Origin: Steroidobacteraceae bacterium
Lineage (GTDB): Bacteria; Pseudomonadota; Gammaproteobacteria; Steroidobacterales; Steroidobacteraceae
NCBI GenBank assembly: GCA_035516875.1
Contig: DATIZW010000084.1
Coordinates: forward strand, 1 to 35,126
DNA: 35,126 bases
Direction: 5' to 3'
In this document: positions 1 through 8,257 of the stretch, one piece after another
How positions within the stretch are numbered: position 1 is the first letter of the stretch
Layout of the letters: each line of letters begins with the position of its first letter
Notes under the pieces: model-generated
What the model was told of the DNA's origin: nothing
The model's input: only the letters and a program-made list of their open reading frames with translations
Database searches by the model: none
Position numbers and translations under genes: made by a program

Positions 1-1
1 G

Positions 2-571
2 GCCTACTTTCCCGATCTCACGCTCAACGGCAGCTTCGGCTACGCGAGCAGCGTCGTCTCGAACCTCGTCAAGGCGCCGAACAATATCTGGTCCTTCGGC
101 GGCACCGCGGCCGATACCCTGCTCGACTTTGGCGCCCGCCCGGCGCAGGTGCGCCAGGCCCGCGCCGCCTACGACGCCTCGGTCGCCAACTATCGCCAGA
201 CCGTGCTCACGGCCTTTCAGCAGGTCGAGGACGAGCTCGCCACCTTGCGCATCCTCGAGCAGCAGGTGCAGGTCCAGGAGCAGACGGTGAAGTCCGCAAA
301 CCTCGCCGTGCAGCTGACTCTAAATCAGTACAAAGCGGGAACGGTGGCCTACACCGCGGTGATCACCGCTCAGACGATCGCGCTCGGCGACGCGCAGACT
401 CTGCTGACGATTCGTCAGAACCGCCTGGTCGCAAGCGTCGCGCTCATCGAGGCGCTCGGCGGCGGCTGGAACGCGGGCTCGCTCGGCACGAAGAGCGGAA
501 CGGCGGCAACGCTCGCCGCACAGAAGGCGGCGCCGGCGGCCGCACCTCCCGGCAACGGCAAGTTGCGTTAA
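2..571 (+). CDS. RND-efflux outer-membrane factor lipoprotein, NodT family (C-terminal part; 5' end lies outside the window)
   Basis: Frame 2 is open from base 2. The translation AYFPDLTLNGSFGYASS...VANYRQTVLTAFQQVEDELATLRILEQQ...LVASVALIEALGGGW matches the conserved C-terminal repeat of NodT/OprM-type outer-membrane factors. Stop TAA at 569-571. Confidence 0.85.
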   Translation, partial: AYFPDLTLNGSFGYASSVVSNLVKAPNNIWSFGGTAADTLLDFGARPAQVRQARAAYDASVANYRQTVLTAFQQVEDELATLRILEQQVQVQEQTVKSANLAVQLTLNQYKAGTVAYTAVITAQTIALGDAQTLLTIRQNRLVASVALIEALGGGWNAGSLGTKSGTAATLAAQKAAPAAAPPGNGKLR

Positions 572-610
572 AGTCCCGTACCCGCACCGCGCGCGAGGAC
601 CCGCAACCTG

Positions 611-1864
611 ATGGACGTCCTGTGGCTGGCCCATGCCATTCCCTATCCACCCAAGGCGGGATTCCTGACACGCAGCTACAACCTGCTGCGCGAGCTCGCA
701 CGCCATCAGCGGGTGGACCTGATCGCCTTCGTGCAGGAGCCGTGGGTAACGACCCTGTTTCCCTCTCTGGAACAGGGACTGGCGGAGTCGCGGCAGGCGC
801 TCGAGGGTTTCTGCCGCAGCGTCACCTTTCTGCCGATCGAGGCCGTGCGTGGGCGCTGGGGAAGGCCGCTCACGGCCGCTCGCGCCCTGTTGAGAGGCTC
901 CACTTACGCGACCTCTTGGCTGGTGAGCGCCTCGGCGCGCGCGGCGATCGCCCGGCAAGCCGCCACCACCCGCTACGCCTTGGTGCATTTCGACACTATC
1001 GGGCTCGCGCCTTACGCGGCAGTGACGGGCGGGGCACCAGCGATGCTGACGCATCACAACATCGAGTCGCACATGCTGCTGCGGCGCGCCGACAATGCCG
1101 GCAACGCCCTGGCGCGCGCTTACTTCCGCCGCGAGGGACGCAAGCTGCAGGAGATCGAGCGGCGGGTCGCACCGCGCTTCGCCGTGCACATCACCTGCTC
1201 GGAGCTCGATAGCGCGCGGTTTCGCCGGATCGTGCCCGACGCCCGCGTGGTCGTGATCCCCAACGGCGTCGACTGCGAATTCTTCGCCCCGGGCGGCTCC
1301 CCCACCCGACCCGACTCGGTTGTGTTCGTGGGCTCGATGAACTGGTACCCGAACGTCGACGCGATGCTGTTCTTTCTGCAACAGGTTTGGCCGCGGCTCA
1401 AGGAGCGCGTGCCTGGCGCCACCATGGATATCGCCGGCAGCAGCCCGCCGGCCTCGCTGGTGAAGCTGGCGGGCTCACTGCCGGACGTGCGCGTGCACGG
1501 CTACCTGCCGGATGTGCGGCCGCTGATCGACCAGGCGGCGGTCTATGTGTGCCCGATCCGCGATGGCGGCGGCACCAAGCTCAAGATCCTCGACGCATTC
1601 GCGATGCGGAAGTGCGTCGTGGCGCACCCCATCGCCTGCGAGGGCATCGATGTCACTGCCGGCAGTGACGTGATCCTCGCCAGTACGGCCGAGGAGTTCG
1701 TCGCCGAGATCAGCCGGCTGCTCGCCGACGCGGGGCAGCGGCGTGCGCTCGGCACGGCGGCCCGCCGGCTGGCGGAGAGCTATTCATTTCGTGGTATCGG
1801 CGAGCGCTTCAACGCGACGGCGGAGGACGTGGCGCGGCAGCCGCCGGTCGACACCCGCCCGTGA
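611..1864 (+). CDS. Glycosyltransferase family 4 (GT-B), resembling the PEP-CTERM/EpsH1-system-associated sugar transferase type
   Basis: N-terminus MDVLWLAHAIPYPPKAGFLTRSYNLLRELA. C-terminal nucleotide-sugar binding motif GGGTKLKILDAFAMRKCVVAHPIACEGIDV. ATG at 611, 39 nt after the upstream stop. Confidence 0.85.
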   Translation: MDVLWLAHAIPYPPKAGFLTRSYNLLRELARHQRVDLIAFVQEPWVTTLFPSLEQGLAESRQALEGFCRSVTFLPIEAVRGRWGRPLTAARALLRGSTYATSWLVSASARAAIARQAATTRYALVHFDTIGLAPYAAVTGGAPAMLTHHNIESHMLLRRADNAGNALARAYFRREGRKLQEIERRVAPRFAVHITCSELDSARFRRIVPDARVVVIPNGVDCEFFAPGGSPTRPDSVVFVGSMNWYPNVDAMLFFLQQVWPRLKERVPGATMDIAGSSPPASLVKLAGSLPDVRVHGYLPDVRPLIDQAAVYVCPIRDGGGTKLKILDAFAMRKCVVAHPIACEGIDVTAGSDVILASTAEEFVAEISRLLADAGQRRALGTAARRLAESYSFRGIGERFNATAEDVARQPPVDTRP

Positions 1865-1867
1865 GGC

Positions 1868-3004
1868 TCAGCGGATCGGATTCCAGACCAACATGCGTTC
1901 GCCCCGCAGGTAGCGCAGCGTGGCAATGAGCGACGCGAGATTCGTGAGCAGAAAGTAATAGGGCTTGCCGAACACGCCCAGCTTGAGCTGGTGATCCTGC
2001 AGTACGAACCCCACTGTCCCGGCAAGCAGCAGCATCAATTGCCCGATCAGCAGCGACAGATAGAGCATATCGCCCGCCAGCACCACATTGGCCACCAGCG
2101 CTCCCAGCCACAGCAGCGGCGAGGCGTAGCGCAGCACCTTGTGCGACCAGAGCTGCAGCGCGAACGAGCCGTAGCGGAACGGATTGAGGAAGCGGCGCTC
2201 GCGGATCAGAGCGTTGAAACTGCGGATTGCAACCCGCACTCGCATCGACAGTTCCTGTCGCGCGAGCCTGAGTGTCACCTCGAAGCATACGGCGTCCGGC
2301 GCCAGTACGGTGCGCAGACCCTGCTCGCGCATCTTCATGGCGATCACGAAATCGCTGATGAGGGCCGGGTCGATCGGCCGATACGCGCTGCTGCGCACGG
2401 CGTACAAGCAACCGCTGACGCCGATCAGAGAGCCGAGTTTGCTCTCCGCCGCACGCAATCGCAGCTCGTAGCCCCAGTAGGTCTCTCCCTCGCGGCCAAT
2501 GAGGTTGTCGGCCTCGCTGACGTAACGCAGCGAGCCCCCGACGCAACCGACGCGCGGATCGGCGAAGCGTTCGACCAGCTGGCGCAGCGCATCCGCGCGC
2601 AGCAGTGTCGTCGCATCCGTGAACACCAGAATCCTGCCGCTGGCCACGGCGGCGGCCGCGTTCTGGCAGGCAGTCTTGCCGCGGCGTCCTTCCACGCGCA
2701 GCACCGAAACCCGGCCCGGCGCATGCGCGGCAGCCAGCTCCTCGGTACGGTCCGACGACCCGTCGGAGGCCACCACGATGTCGAGCAGCTCAGCCGGGTA
2801 GTGGAGCGCGAGCAGGTTGTCGAGCTTGGCCCGTATGCAGCGCTCCTCGTTGTACGCCGTCACGATGATTGTCACGCTCGGCTGCGTGTCGGCGCGTGGC
2901 CGGGGTGCCTCTCGACCGATCGCGAGCAGCCTCACGACGAGGGGATAGAGCGCGTACAGATACAGCAGCACGCTGCAGCAACCCCAGAAGAAGAGCGATG
3001 CCAT
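1868..3004 (-). CDS. Membrane-anchored glycosyltransferase family 2 (N-terminal TM helix, GT-A domain, C-terminal multi-TM region)
   Basis: Motifs SVTIIVTAYNEE, VVASDGSSDRT and ILVFTDATT. Hydrophobic C-terminus LLWLGALVANVVLAGDMLYLSLLIGQLMLLLAGTVGFVL. Start placed at the internal ATG 3004 (MASLFFWGCCSVLLYLYALYP). The 37 codons upstream in the ORF track do not look coding. Confidence 0.8.
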   Translation of the reverse strand: MASLFFWGCCSVLLYLYALYPLVVRLLAIGREAPRPRADTQPSVTIIVTAYNEERCIRAKLDNLLALHYPAELLDIVVASDGSSDRTEELAAAHAPGRVSVLRVEGRRGKTACQNAAAAVASGRILVFTDATTLLRADALRQLVERFADPRVGCVGGSLRYVSEADNLIGREGETYWGYELRLRAAESKLGSLIGVSGCLYAVRSSAYRPIDPALISDFVIAMKMREQGLRTVLAPDAVCFEVTLRLARQELSMRVRVAIRSFNALIRERRFLNPFRYGSFALQLWSHKVLRYASPLLWLGALVANVVLAGDMLYLSLLIGQLMLLLAGTVGFVLQDHQLKLGVFGKPYYFLLTNLASLIATLRYLRGERMLVWNPIR

Positions 3005-3174
3005 GGATTGAGAGCGACCCTGGTTTTCTCTTGTCGCCGTAGACGCCGAAACTGCCAAGAGCTTATCAGCCCGATCCCGAGATGGGCAGCGGCTTGGGCA
3101 TCGAGTGTGAACCACGTCTCGCTGCAGTGCTGCCGCCTAATCTCCCTATAACCCTATGCTTTTCATATATTTTT

Positions 3175-4077
3175 CTACCGGGCGTCGGCCGGATGCGCCC
3201 CGCCCCCCCGTAGCTCAGCCGCCGCCGCCTTGCCGATGACGAACTCAAACCCGAATTGATCGGGCGTGCGAAACCAGCCTGCGATCGGGACGCGCTTGAG
3301 GCTGAAGGGGTCCGGAGTAACTCCGTTCTCGCCGCCGAAGCACGAAGCACAGCAGACAAATCCGGCTTCACGCGCCAACTGCACTGCCGACGGGCTGATG
3401 TGCTCGCGCCCCCCGAAGGGATAGGCGAACAGCGGCGCAGAAACACCCAGCGCCTCAGCCAGCTTGCGCTTTGAAGTCTCGAACTCGGTGCGAATGGTCG
3501 CCGCGTCCGCTGTCCCGAGGTCGACGTGGGTATCGGTGTGGTTACCGATCTCGAATCCCGACGCCGCGAGGCCGCGCACCTGCTCCCAGGACATCCATCC
3601 GGGCTGGCGCCGCAACTGCCGGTCCCACGGGGCAACGGTTCGCGATCCAATAAATCCCGTGGTCACGAAAAACGTCGCCGGCAGCCCGAGGTTCCTGAGA
3701 ATCGGTGCCGCCACCTCGTAGTTGTCCAGATAGCCGTCGTCGAAGGTGATCGAGAGTGTCCCGCCGAGGTCGGCCTGGGCCTGACAGCCGGCTATCTGCT
3801 CGGACAGCGGCACCACCCGGAAGTACTTGCGGAAGAACCTGCAGAAGCTCTCAAACTTCCTCGCGCCGCAGGTCAGGGGGTCGTCCTCCGGCAGTTCATC
3901 GTTCACGCGATGAAACGCCACGACCGTCATCACGGTGCGGAACTTGCGTCGGTAGGCACCGCTGACCCCCGCGGCGCGTCCGCAGATCGTCTTGATTGTT
4001 GTCTTAACGCCTGCTGACACGCGCGCGTGACCCGGGTATGCCAAAGCCGCGGCGACTATCGCACGATCCCAATGCAT
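3175..4077 (-). CDS. Polysaccharide deacetylase (CE4 / NodB homology domain)
   Basis: Motifs SITFDDGYLDNYEVAAPILRNLGLPATFFVTTG and EIGNHTDTHVDL (Asp-Asp and His-x-x-x-His metal and catalytic motifs). Start is uncertain: ATG 4077, GTG 4020 or a later ATG. Confidence 0.8.
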   Translation of the reverse strand: MHWDRAIVAAALAYPGHARVSAGVKTTIKTICGRAAGVSGAYRRKFRTVMTVVAFHRVNDELPEDDPLTCGARKFESFCRFFRKYFRVVPLSEQIAGCQAQADLGGTLSITFDDGYLDNYEVAAPILRNLGLPATFFVTTGFIGSRTVAPWDRQLRRQPGWMSWEQVRGLAASGFEIGNHTDTHVDLGTADAATIRTEFETSKRKLAEALGVSAPLFAYPFGGREHISPSAVQLAREAGFVCCASCFGGENGVTPDPFSLKRVPIAGWFRTPDQFGFEFVIGKAAAAELRGGGAHPADAR

Positions 4078-4104
4078 GGTCCAATCGACGCACGCGCCGA
4101 TTGC

Positions 4105-5919
4105 ATGCAGAGGCGACAGCTTTCTATCCTCGTACCTGTGAACGCGAAACTGCTGGTGCCCGTGCGGCGGCTGGATATCTCGATCCCCGCCGACAATGAA
4201 CCTCCCGCCGGCGGCCCGAACCTCGACTCCGGGCCGCCGCGCGAGACTGTTCAGCTGGTCTGTGCCAACCGGGCATGGCGTGCTGACATATCTCTGCGTT
4301 CAGCGAGCGAGCGCTCGCTGGTGAGCGAGGCGGCGGCGAGCGGCTGTCTGCTGAGTGCAGTGGGGGACGCGGACGAAGCCCGGGCAATGCCGGCCGCTGC
4401 GCCGTGCGCCAACGCATGCCTCATCCGTCTCGACCTCGCGAACTCTACGGTGCGGGTATCGACCTCGCTGACCGGGCTGCCGCCGCTGTTCCTGTTCCGG
4501 CGCGGGGCGCAGACCACGCTCAGCTGCCCGTTTCTCCCCGACACCCTGCATGGGTCGCTCGAGCCCGACCTGGAGGGCATCGCCGACACGTTACGCTGGG
4601 GCCATCCGCTCGACGGACGCACGCATTGGATCGGGCTGCGATTCGCGCCGTCCTTCTCGACGGTGACGGTCGCGCCCGATGGCACGGTCAGCGTCGGCCC
4701 CACTGCGGCCTGGCCAGACCTGCGGGAGCTGGCGTCGCTCGCACCTGCGGAGATCGTTCGCGCGCAGGTCGCCGCCTTCACGGATGCGGCTGCGCGGATC
4801 CGACCGGACAATGCATTCATGAGCCTGAGTGGCGGTCTGGACTCGCGCACGTCACTCGTTGCGCTGTTGAGTCATGGCCACCGCATCCCGTGCGTGACCA
4901 TGGGCGGGTCGCCGGAAAACCTCGACGTGCAGCTGGCACAGGCCTTCTGCAGAGCGCATGGTCTCGATCACCACACCGTACTGCTGGGCGAGGAATTCCA
5001 GCGCCGCGCGCCGCAATTGTTGCTGAGATCAGCCGCCCTGACCGGCGGGGTATCCTCCCTCAGCCAGATGGCCGACTTGTTTCTCTACGAAAGCATGCGG
5101 GCGCCCTATGGCGCGCGGGTATCCGGCAACTTCGGCAATCAGGTAGGCCGCGGCGGAGTCGAGAGTCTCAGCGCCTACGATCCCCGGCCAGATGTCTTTT
5201 CGCCAGCACTCCGGGAGCGCCTGCTGAACAGGCCAGCCGCTCCCTGGTTCATCCCGCGGCTCACCGGCGGAAATCATGGCGAGATTCTGTTCGGCCAGGA
5301 GGCGCACTTCTGGTCGATCGCCAACTATGTCGCGGGCAGCTCGCACGCGACGCAACTTACTCCGTACGCCGATTTTCGCCTGATGCAGCTTGCGCGGGCG
5401 GCATTCGCGCGCAACCGCAAGCTGGTGCATGCGCGCTGGGAAACCCTGCGGGGCCGCGACCTGAGACATCGCCTCGCCGGCACGCCGAAGGCGCTGTCGT
5501 TCCAGCGGCAGTTTCTCATGCAACACGATCGGCGGGCGGCGCATATACCGCTCAACTGGGGCTGGCGTGCCGCGGGTGGCTGGTCGGTCGGGTGGGGCCT
5601 CACGGCGGTGGCCGGCGCGGCCGATGCGGCGCTGATCAAGCTCGGCGCCCGATCCCCGCTGCTACGGACGACCGCCCTGTGGGGCTCCTCGAGGCTGGGT
5701 CATCGCTCGACCCTGGTCGACTGGCGGCAGCTCCTCAAGACCCGGTTGCGGGAGCTCACCATGGATACCTTCGCGACGCAGCACATCAGGGAAAGCGGCG
5801 TATTCGACCCTGGCGCGCTCGATCGGGTATTGACCGAGCATTTCAGCGGAGCCGCCGACAGCCAGTACACCGTGGCACGCGCGCTGGAAATCGCGCTGGG
5901 CATCAGCGTCCGGCGCTGA
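4105..5919 (+). CDS. Asparagine-synthetase-B-like PP-loop adenylating protein lacking the N-terminal Cys nucleophile
   Basis: PP-loop motif FMSLSGGLDSRTSLVALL. The region NACLIRLDLANSTVRVSTSLTGLPPLFLF aligns by eye with [27 protein letters not shown] of the canonical AsnB at 8258. No MCG start is present. Possible starts: GTG 4027, ATG 4072, ATG 4105. Confidence 0.7.
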   Translation: MQRRQLSILVPVNAKLLVPVRRLDISIPADNEPPAGGPNLDSGPPRETVQLVCANRAWRADISLRSASERSLVSEAAASGCLLSAVGDADEARAMPAAAPCANACLIRLDLANSTVRVSTSLTGLPPLFLFRRGAQTTLSCPFLPDTLHGSLEPDLEGIADTLRWGHPLDGRTHWIGLRFAPSFSTVTVAPDGTVSVGPTAAWPDLRELASLAPAEIVRAQVAAFTDAAARIRPDNAFMSLSGGLDSRTSLVALLSHGHRIPCVTMGGSPENLDVQLAQAFCRAHGLDHHTVLLGEEFQRRAPQLLLRSAALTGGVSSLSQMADLFLYESMRAPYGARVSGNFGNQVGRGGVESLSAYDPRPDVFSPALRERLLNRPAAPWFIPRLTGGNHGEILFGQEAHFWSIANYVAGSSHATQLTPYADFRLMQLARAAFARNRKLVHARWETLRGRDLRHRLAGTPKALSFQRQFLMQHDRRAAHIPLNWGWRAAGGWSVGWGLTAVAGAADAALIKLGARSPLLRTTALWGSSRLGHRSTLVDWRQLLKTRLRELTMDTFATQHIRESGVFDPGALDRVLTEHFSGAADSQYTVARALEIALGISVRR

Positions 5920-5951
5920 GCCGCCGAGCGCGCGCCGCTCCGTCGCGGCTG

Positions 5952-6998
5952 TCAGCCGGCGCTCGCGCTCAGCAAGCGCCGCACGCGCGCACGCATGCCG
6001 CGCAGCAGCTCGCGCGCACCGCACACCTCCGCTTCAAAGGCAATGTCGCTCACCTCATCGCCATCGAGAAATCTCTTCAGCAGCATAGGGGAGGTGTTGC
6101 GGTCGTTCAGCCCGGGGTCGCAGGTGGTCGCCGATACGATTCCCAGCCCGCGCAGCCATTGCAGATGCTGCGCGCCATATTTGCCGCTCGGATAGCACAG
6201 GTGGTTGCGCGTCCCGCCGACGACCTGCTGCAGCGCGTCGCGGTTCAGCTCGATCTCTCTCGCGCAGGCCGCAAATTCGTCCGGCAGCCGATGCGTATGA
6301 GTGTGCAACTGGATGTCCATCCCACGACGCGCGAGCTCCTTGAGCTCATCACTCCCCATCAGCTGGAAGCGGCCGCCATGCAGCAGCTGCTGCAGGTCGA
6401 ACCCGAGCAGCGCGGCGAGGGGCTGCAGGAGTCGCTGCCTCGCGTGAAACGGCAGGGCCTTCTCGGATGCGATGATGATCGCGCGGGCTGCGCCGTCCGG
6501 GTCGCTGGCTATGTGGTAGGTACCGTCGAGCAACGGATGCAGCCCCTCGAGGGTCAGGGTGGTCCGGTTCGAATGGCGAATCATGTAGAACAGCGCGGCG
6601 TTGAACACCTCGCTGTCGCCGTGCAGGTGCTCGGTCGTCACGTAGACGCACGCCGGGTACCCGAATCTCTCGAGAATCGGCTGCCCGACGCTCAGGGTCG
6701 ACGCCCAGCCGTCGTCGAGCGTGATGACGGTCTCGGCATTGCCGATTTCGCCATTCGCCAACCTGGTCACGCCCTCCGCCAGGCTGATGACGGGAATGCC
6801 GAGCTTCCTGAGGATCTGCAGCCGGCGCTCAAACGTCGTGCCCCGCATGAACATCACGGGCGCGGATTGATACTCGTCGCCGAGCGAGAAGCCGTGGTAG
6901 CACAGGATCCGCAGCCGGTCGCGCGTCAGATACCTCGCCAGCGCGAAGACTCCGACAGCCCGCAGGCAATACAACGCGACAGACCGCACCGAGACCAT
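5952..6998 (-). CDS. Polysaccharide deacetylase (CE4 / NodB homology domain)
   Basis: Motifs ITLDDGWASTLSVGQPILERFGYPACVYVTT and MDIQLHTHTHRL. Start taken at ATG 6998 (MVSVRSVALYCLRAVGVFALARYL), 2 nt after the TAG stop (7003-7001) of the upstream gene. Confidence 0.8.
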   Translation of the reverse strand: MVSVRSVALYCLRAVGVFALARYLTRDRLRILCYHGFSLGDEYQSAPVMFMRGTTFERRLQILRKLGIPVISLAEGVTRLANGEIGNAETVITLDDGWASTLSVGQPILERFGYPACVYVTTEHLHGDSEVFNAALFYMIRHSNRTTLTLEGLHPLLDGTYHIASDPDGAARAIIIASEKALPFHARQRLLQPLAALLGFDLQQLLHGGRFQLMGSDELKELARRGMDIQLHTHTHRLPDEFAACAREIELNRDALQQVVGGTRNHLCYPSGKYGAQHLQWLRGLGIVSATTCDPGLNDRNTSPMLLKRFLDGDEVSDIAFEAEVCGARELLRGMRARVRRLLSASAG

Positions 6999-7000
6999 GT

Positions 7001-8161
7001 CTATTGAAACGCTCGAGTCAACAGGTTGGTGGCACAGGCCCGCGGCGCCACCCACCGGGAATAGTACCCACGGTTTGCGGCGCGCATCTGCGCGGCCTCC
7101 TGCGGATGGGAGATCAGCCACAGGCACTGCGCCAGGCACTCTTCCGGCGTGCGGAACAGCCGGTAGTTCACCCCCTCCACCAGGGGCACCGGCAGCTCGT
7201 TGCTGAGTGGCTCGCTGACGATGCACACGCCGGCGGCAAGATATTCGGCCATCTTGAAAGCCATTGAGTTGTGCAGACCGCGCACGTAGACGGCGATCCC
7301 TCCGCGCCCGAGCAGTCTGGCGTAGCGTCGCATGTTTATGTTCTCGTGAACCAGGACCTCCGCCGGGCAGCGGGCCCGCGCGAACTCATCAGCGAGGACG
7401 CCGCCGACGAAGCGACTCCCCAACCCGCGGCGCAGCATCTGCACGAGTGCGATGCGCTCGGCGTTCACGGTCTCGAGATTGTCCGGCGAGGGCTCGGGTG
7501 GCCAGATTCTGGTTTGCAGCAGCACGCTGTCATCGGTTCGCGGCTCGCGACGGGGCTCAAAAGCGCGCGCCGACGGCATGACCAGCAGGCGGCAGTCCCA
7601 CAGAAACCCCCTGACGGCAGCGGGCACGCCGGGGGCGGCCGGTCCGCGCGCGCGCTGCAGCAACAGGCGCGCCGCCACGCGGACGTGGGCTGCCGCGGCC
7701 CGGATTCCGAGAGAAGCGAAGTTCAGTCCGAACGGCCTGATGCGCTCGTGATAAACCGCTGGAAGTCCCGCGATGAATTCGCGCGAGAAGCTGCGCTTGA
7801 AGTAGCGGTCCGCGTCTTCGAGCATCGGAATCGAGAAGTAGTCCGCGCGATCCGCCAAATCGATTGCCACCCTGCGTCTTTCGCCGGCGGCATTGCGGAC
7901 ATCGAGACGCACCATGCCGGTGTGCCGCGGGTCGAAAACGCCGCCTTGCCTTATGCGCAAGCGGATCGATTGATCGTGCGCCAGCTCCGCCAGGCCGGCG
8001 AGCAGGCTCGAGCCGTGGTACGGGTTGTGACTGGGTGTCACCAACACGTCGACCTCGAACTGCCGCAGGCTCAGGCGCCGACCCTTACGCGCGCGCGGCT
8101 GCGATGCCGCGGCTCCCGGCACGCCGCTTGATTGCGCAACGCGGGCACGCTCGTGATCCAC
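7001..8161 (-). CDS. Hypothetical protein with a glycosyltransferase-like C-terminal domain (CgeB / Glyco_trans_1_2-like)
   Basis: The C-terminal stretch GLHNSMAFKMAEYLAAGVCIVSEPLSNELPVPLVEGVNYRLFRTPEECLAQCLWLISHPQEAAQMRAANRGYY resembles the GT-B C-terminal half. The N-terminal half is unrecognised. GTG start at 8161. Confidence 0.45.
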   Translation of the reverse strand: MDHERARVAQSSGVPGAAASQPRARKGRRLSLRQFEVDVLVTPSHNPYHGSSLLAGLAELAHDQSIRLRIRQGGVFDPRHTGMVRLDVRNAAGERRRVAIDLADRADYFSIPMLEDADRYFKRSFSREFIAGLPAVYHERIRPFGLNFASLGIRAAAAHVRVAARLLLQRARGPAAPGVPAAVRGFLWDCRLLVMPSARAFEPRREPRTDDSVLLQTRIWPPEPSPDNLETVNAERIALVQMLRRGLGSRFVGGVLADEFARARCPAEVLVHENINMRRYARLLGRGGIAVYVRGLHNSMAFKMAEYLAAGVCIVSEPLSNELPVPLVEGVNYRLFRTPEECLAQCLWLISHPQEAAQMRAANRGYYSRWVAPRACATNLLTRAFQ

Positions 8162-8257
8162 TTAGCCGTAACTTAATGCAGTGGCAGGAACCCGCCCGAC
8201 GGCGGGGCGTAACGGTAGAATCGGCGCCTCCATAGGTCTGGGAGCGGAAAGCCTTCG

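Noticed and set aside
320-1381. Long ORFs antisense to, or out of frame with, the called genes. Examples: 320-1381(-), 4404-7007(+), 8162-10069(-), 12885-14174(-), 24661-26433(+), 27589-28905(+), and 33474-34940(-) taken as a whole.
   Set aside because: Their translations are Arg/Pro/Gly/Ala-rich and low-complexity, with no recognisable motifs. Each lies opposite or overlapping a frame that has clear family motifs. Shadow ORFs like these are expected in very GC-rich DNA.
4072-4077. Palindrome ATGCAT that provides an ATG on both strands: the 3175-4077 deacetylase and one candidate start of the AsnB-like gene.
   Set aside because: Both genes have alternative in-frame starts (GTG 4020 and ATG 4105), and overlapping divergent 5' ends are unlikely. 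It is probably a coincidence of start-codon ambiguity.
8191-8206. Hairpin CCCGCC-cgac-GGCGGG and a TAGAAT -10-like hexamer (8216-8221) in the 96-bp divergent region upstream of asnB.
   Set aside because: No matching -35 element is present, the stem is short, and no U-tract follows. It may be regulatory, but the sequence alone does not support that.
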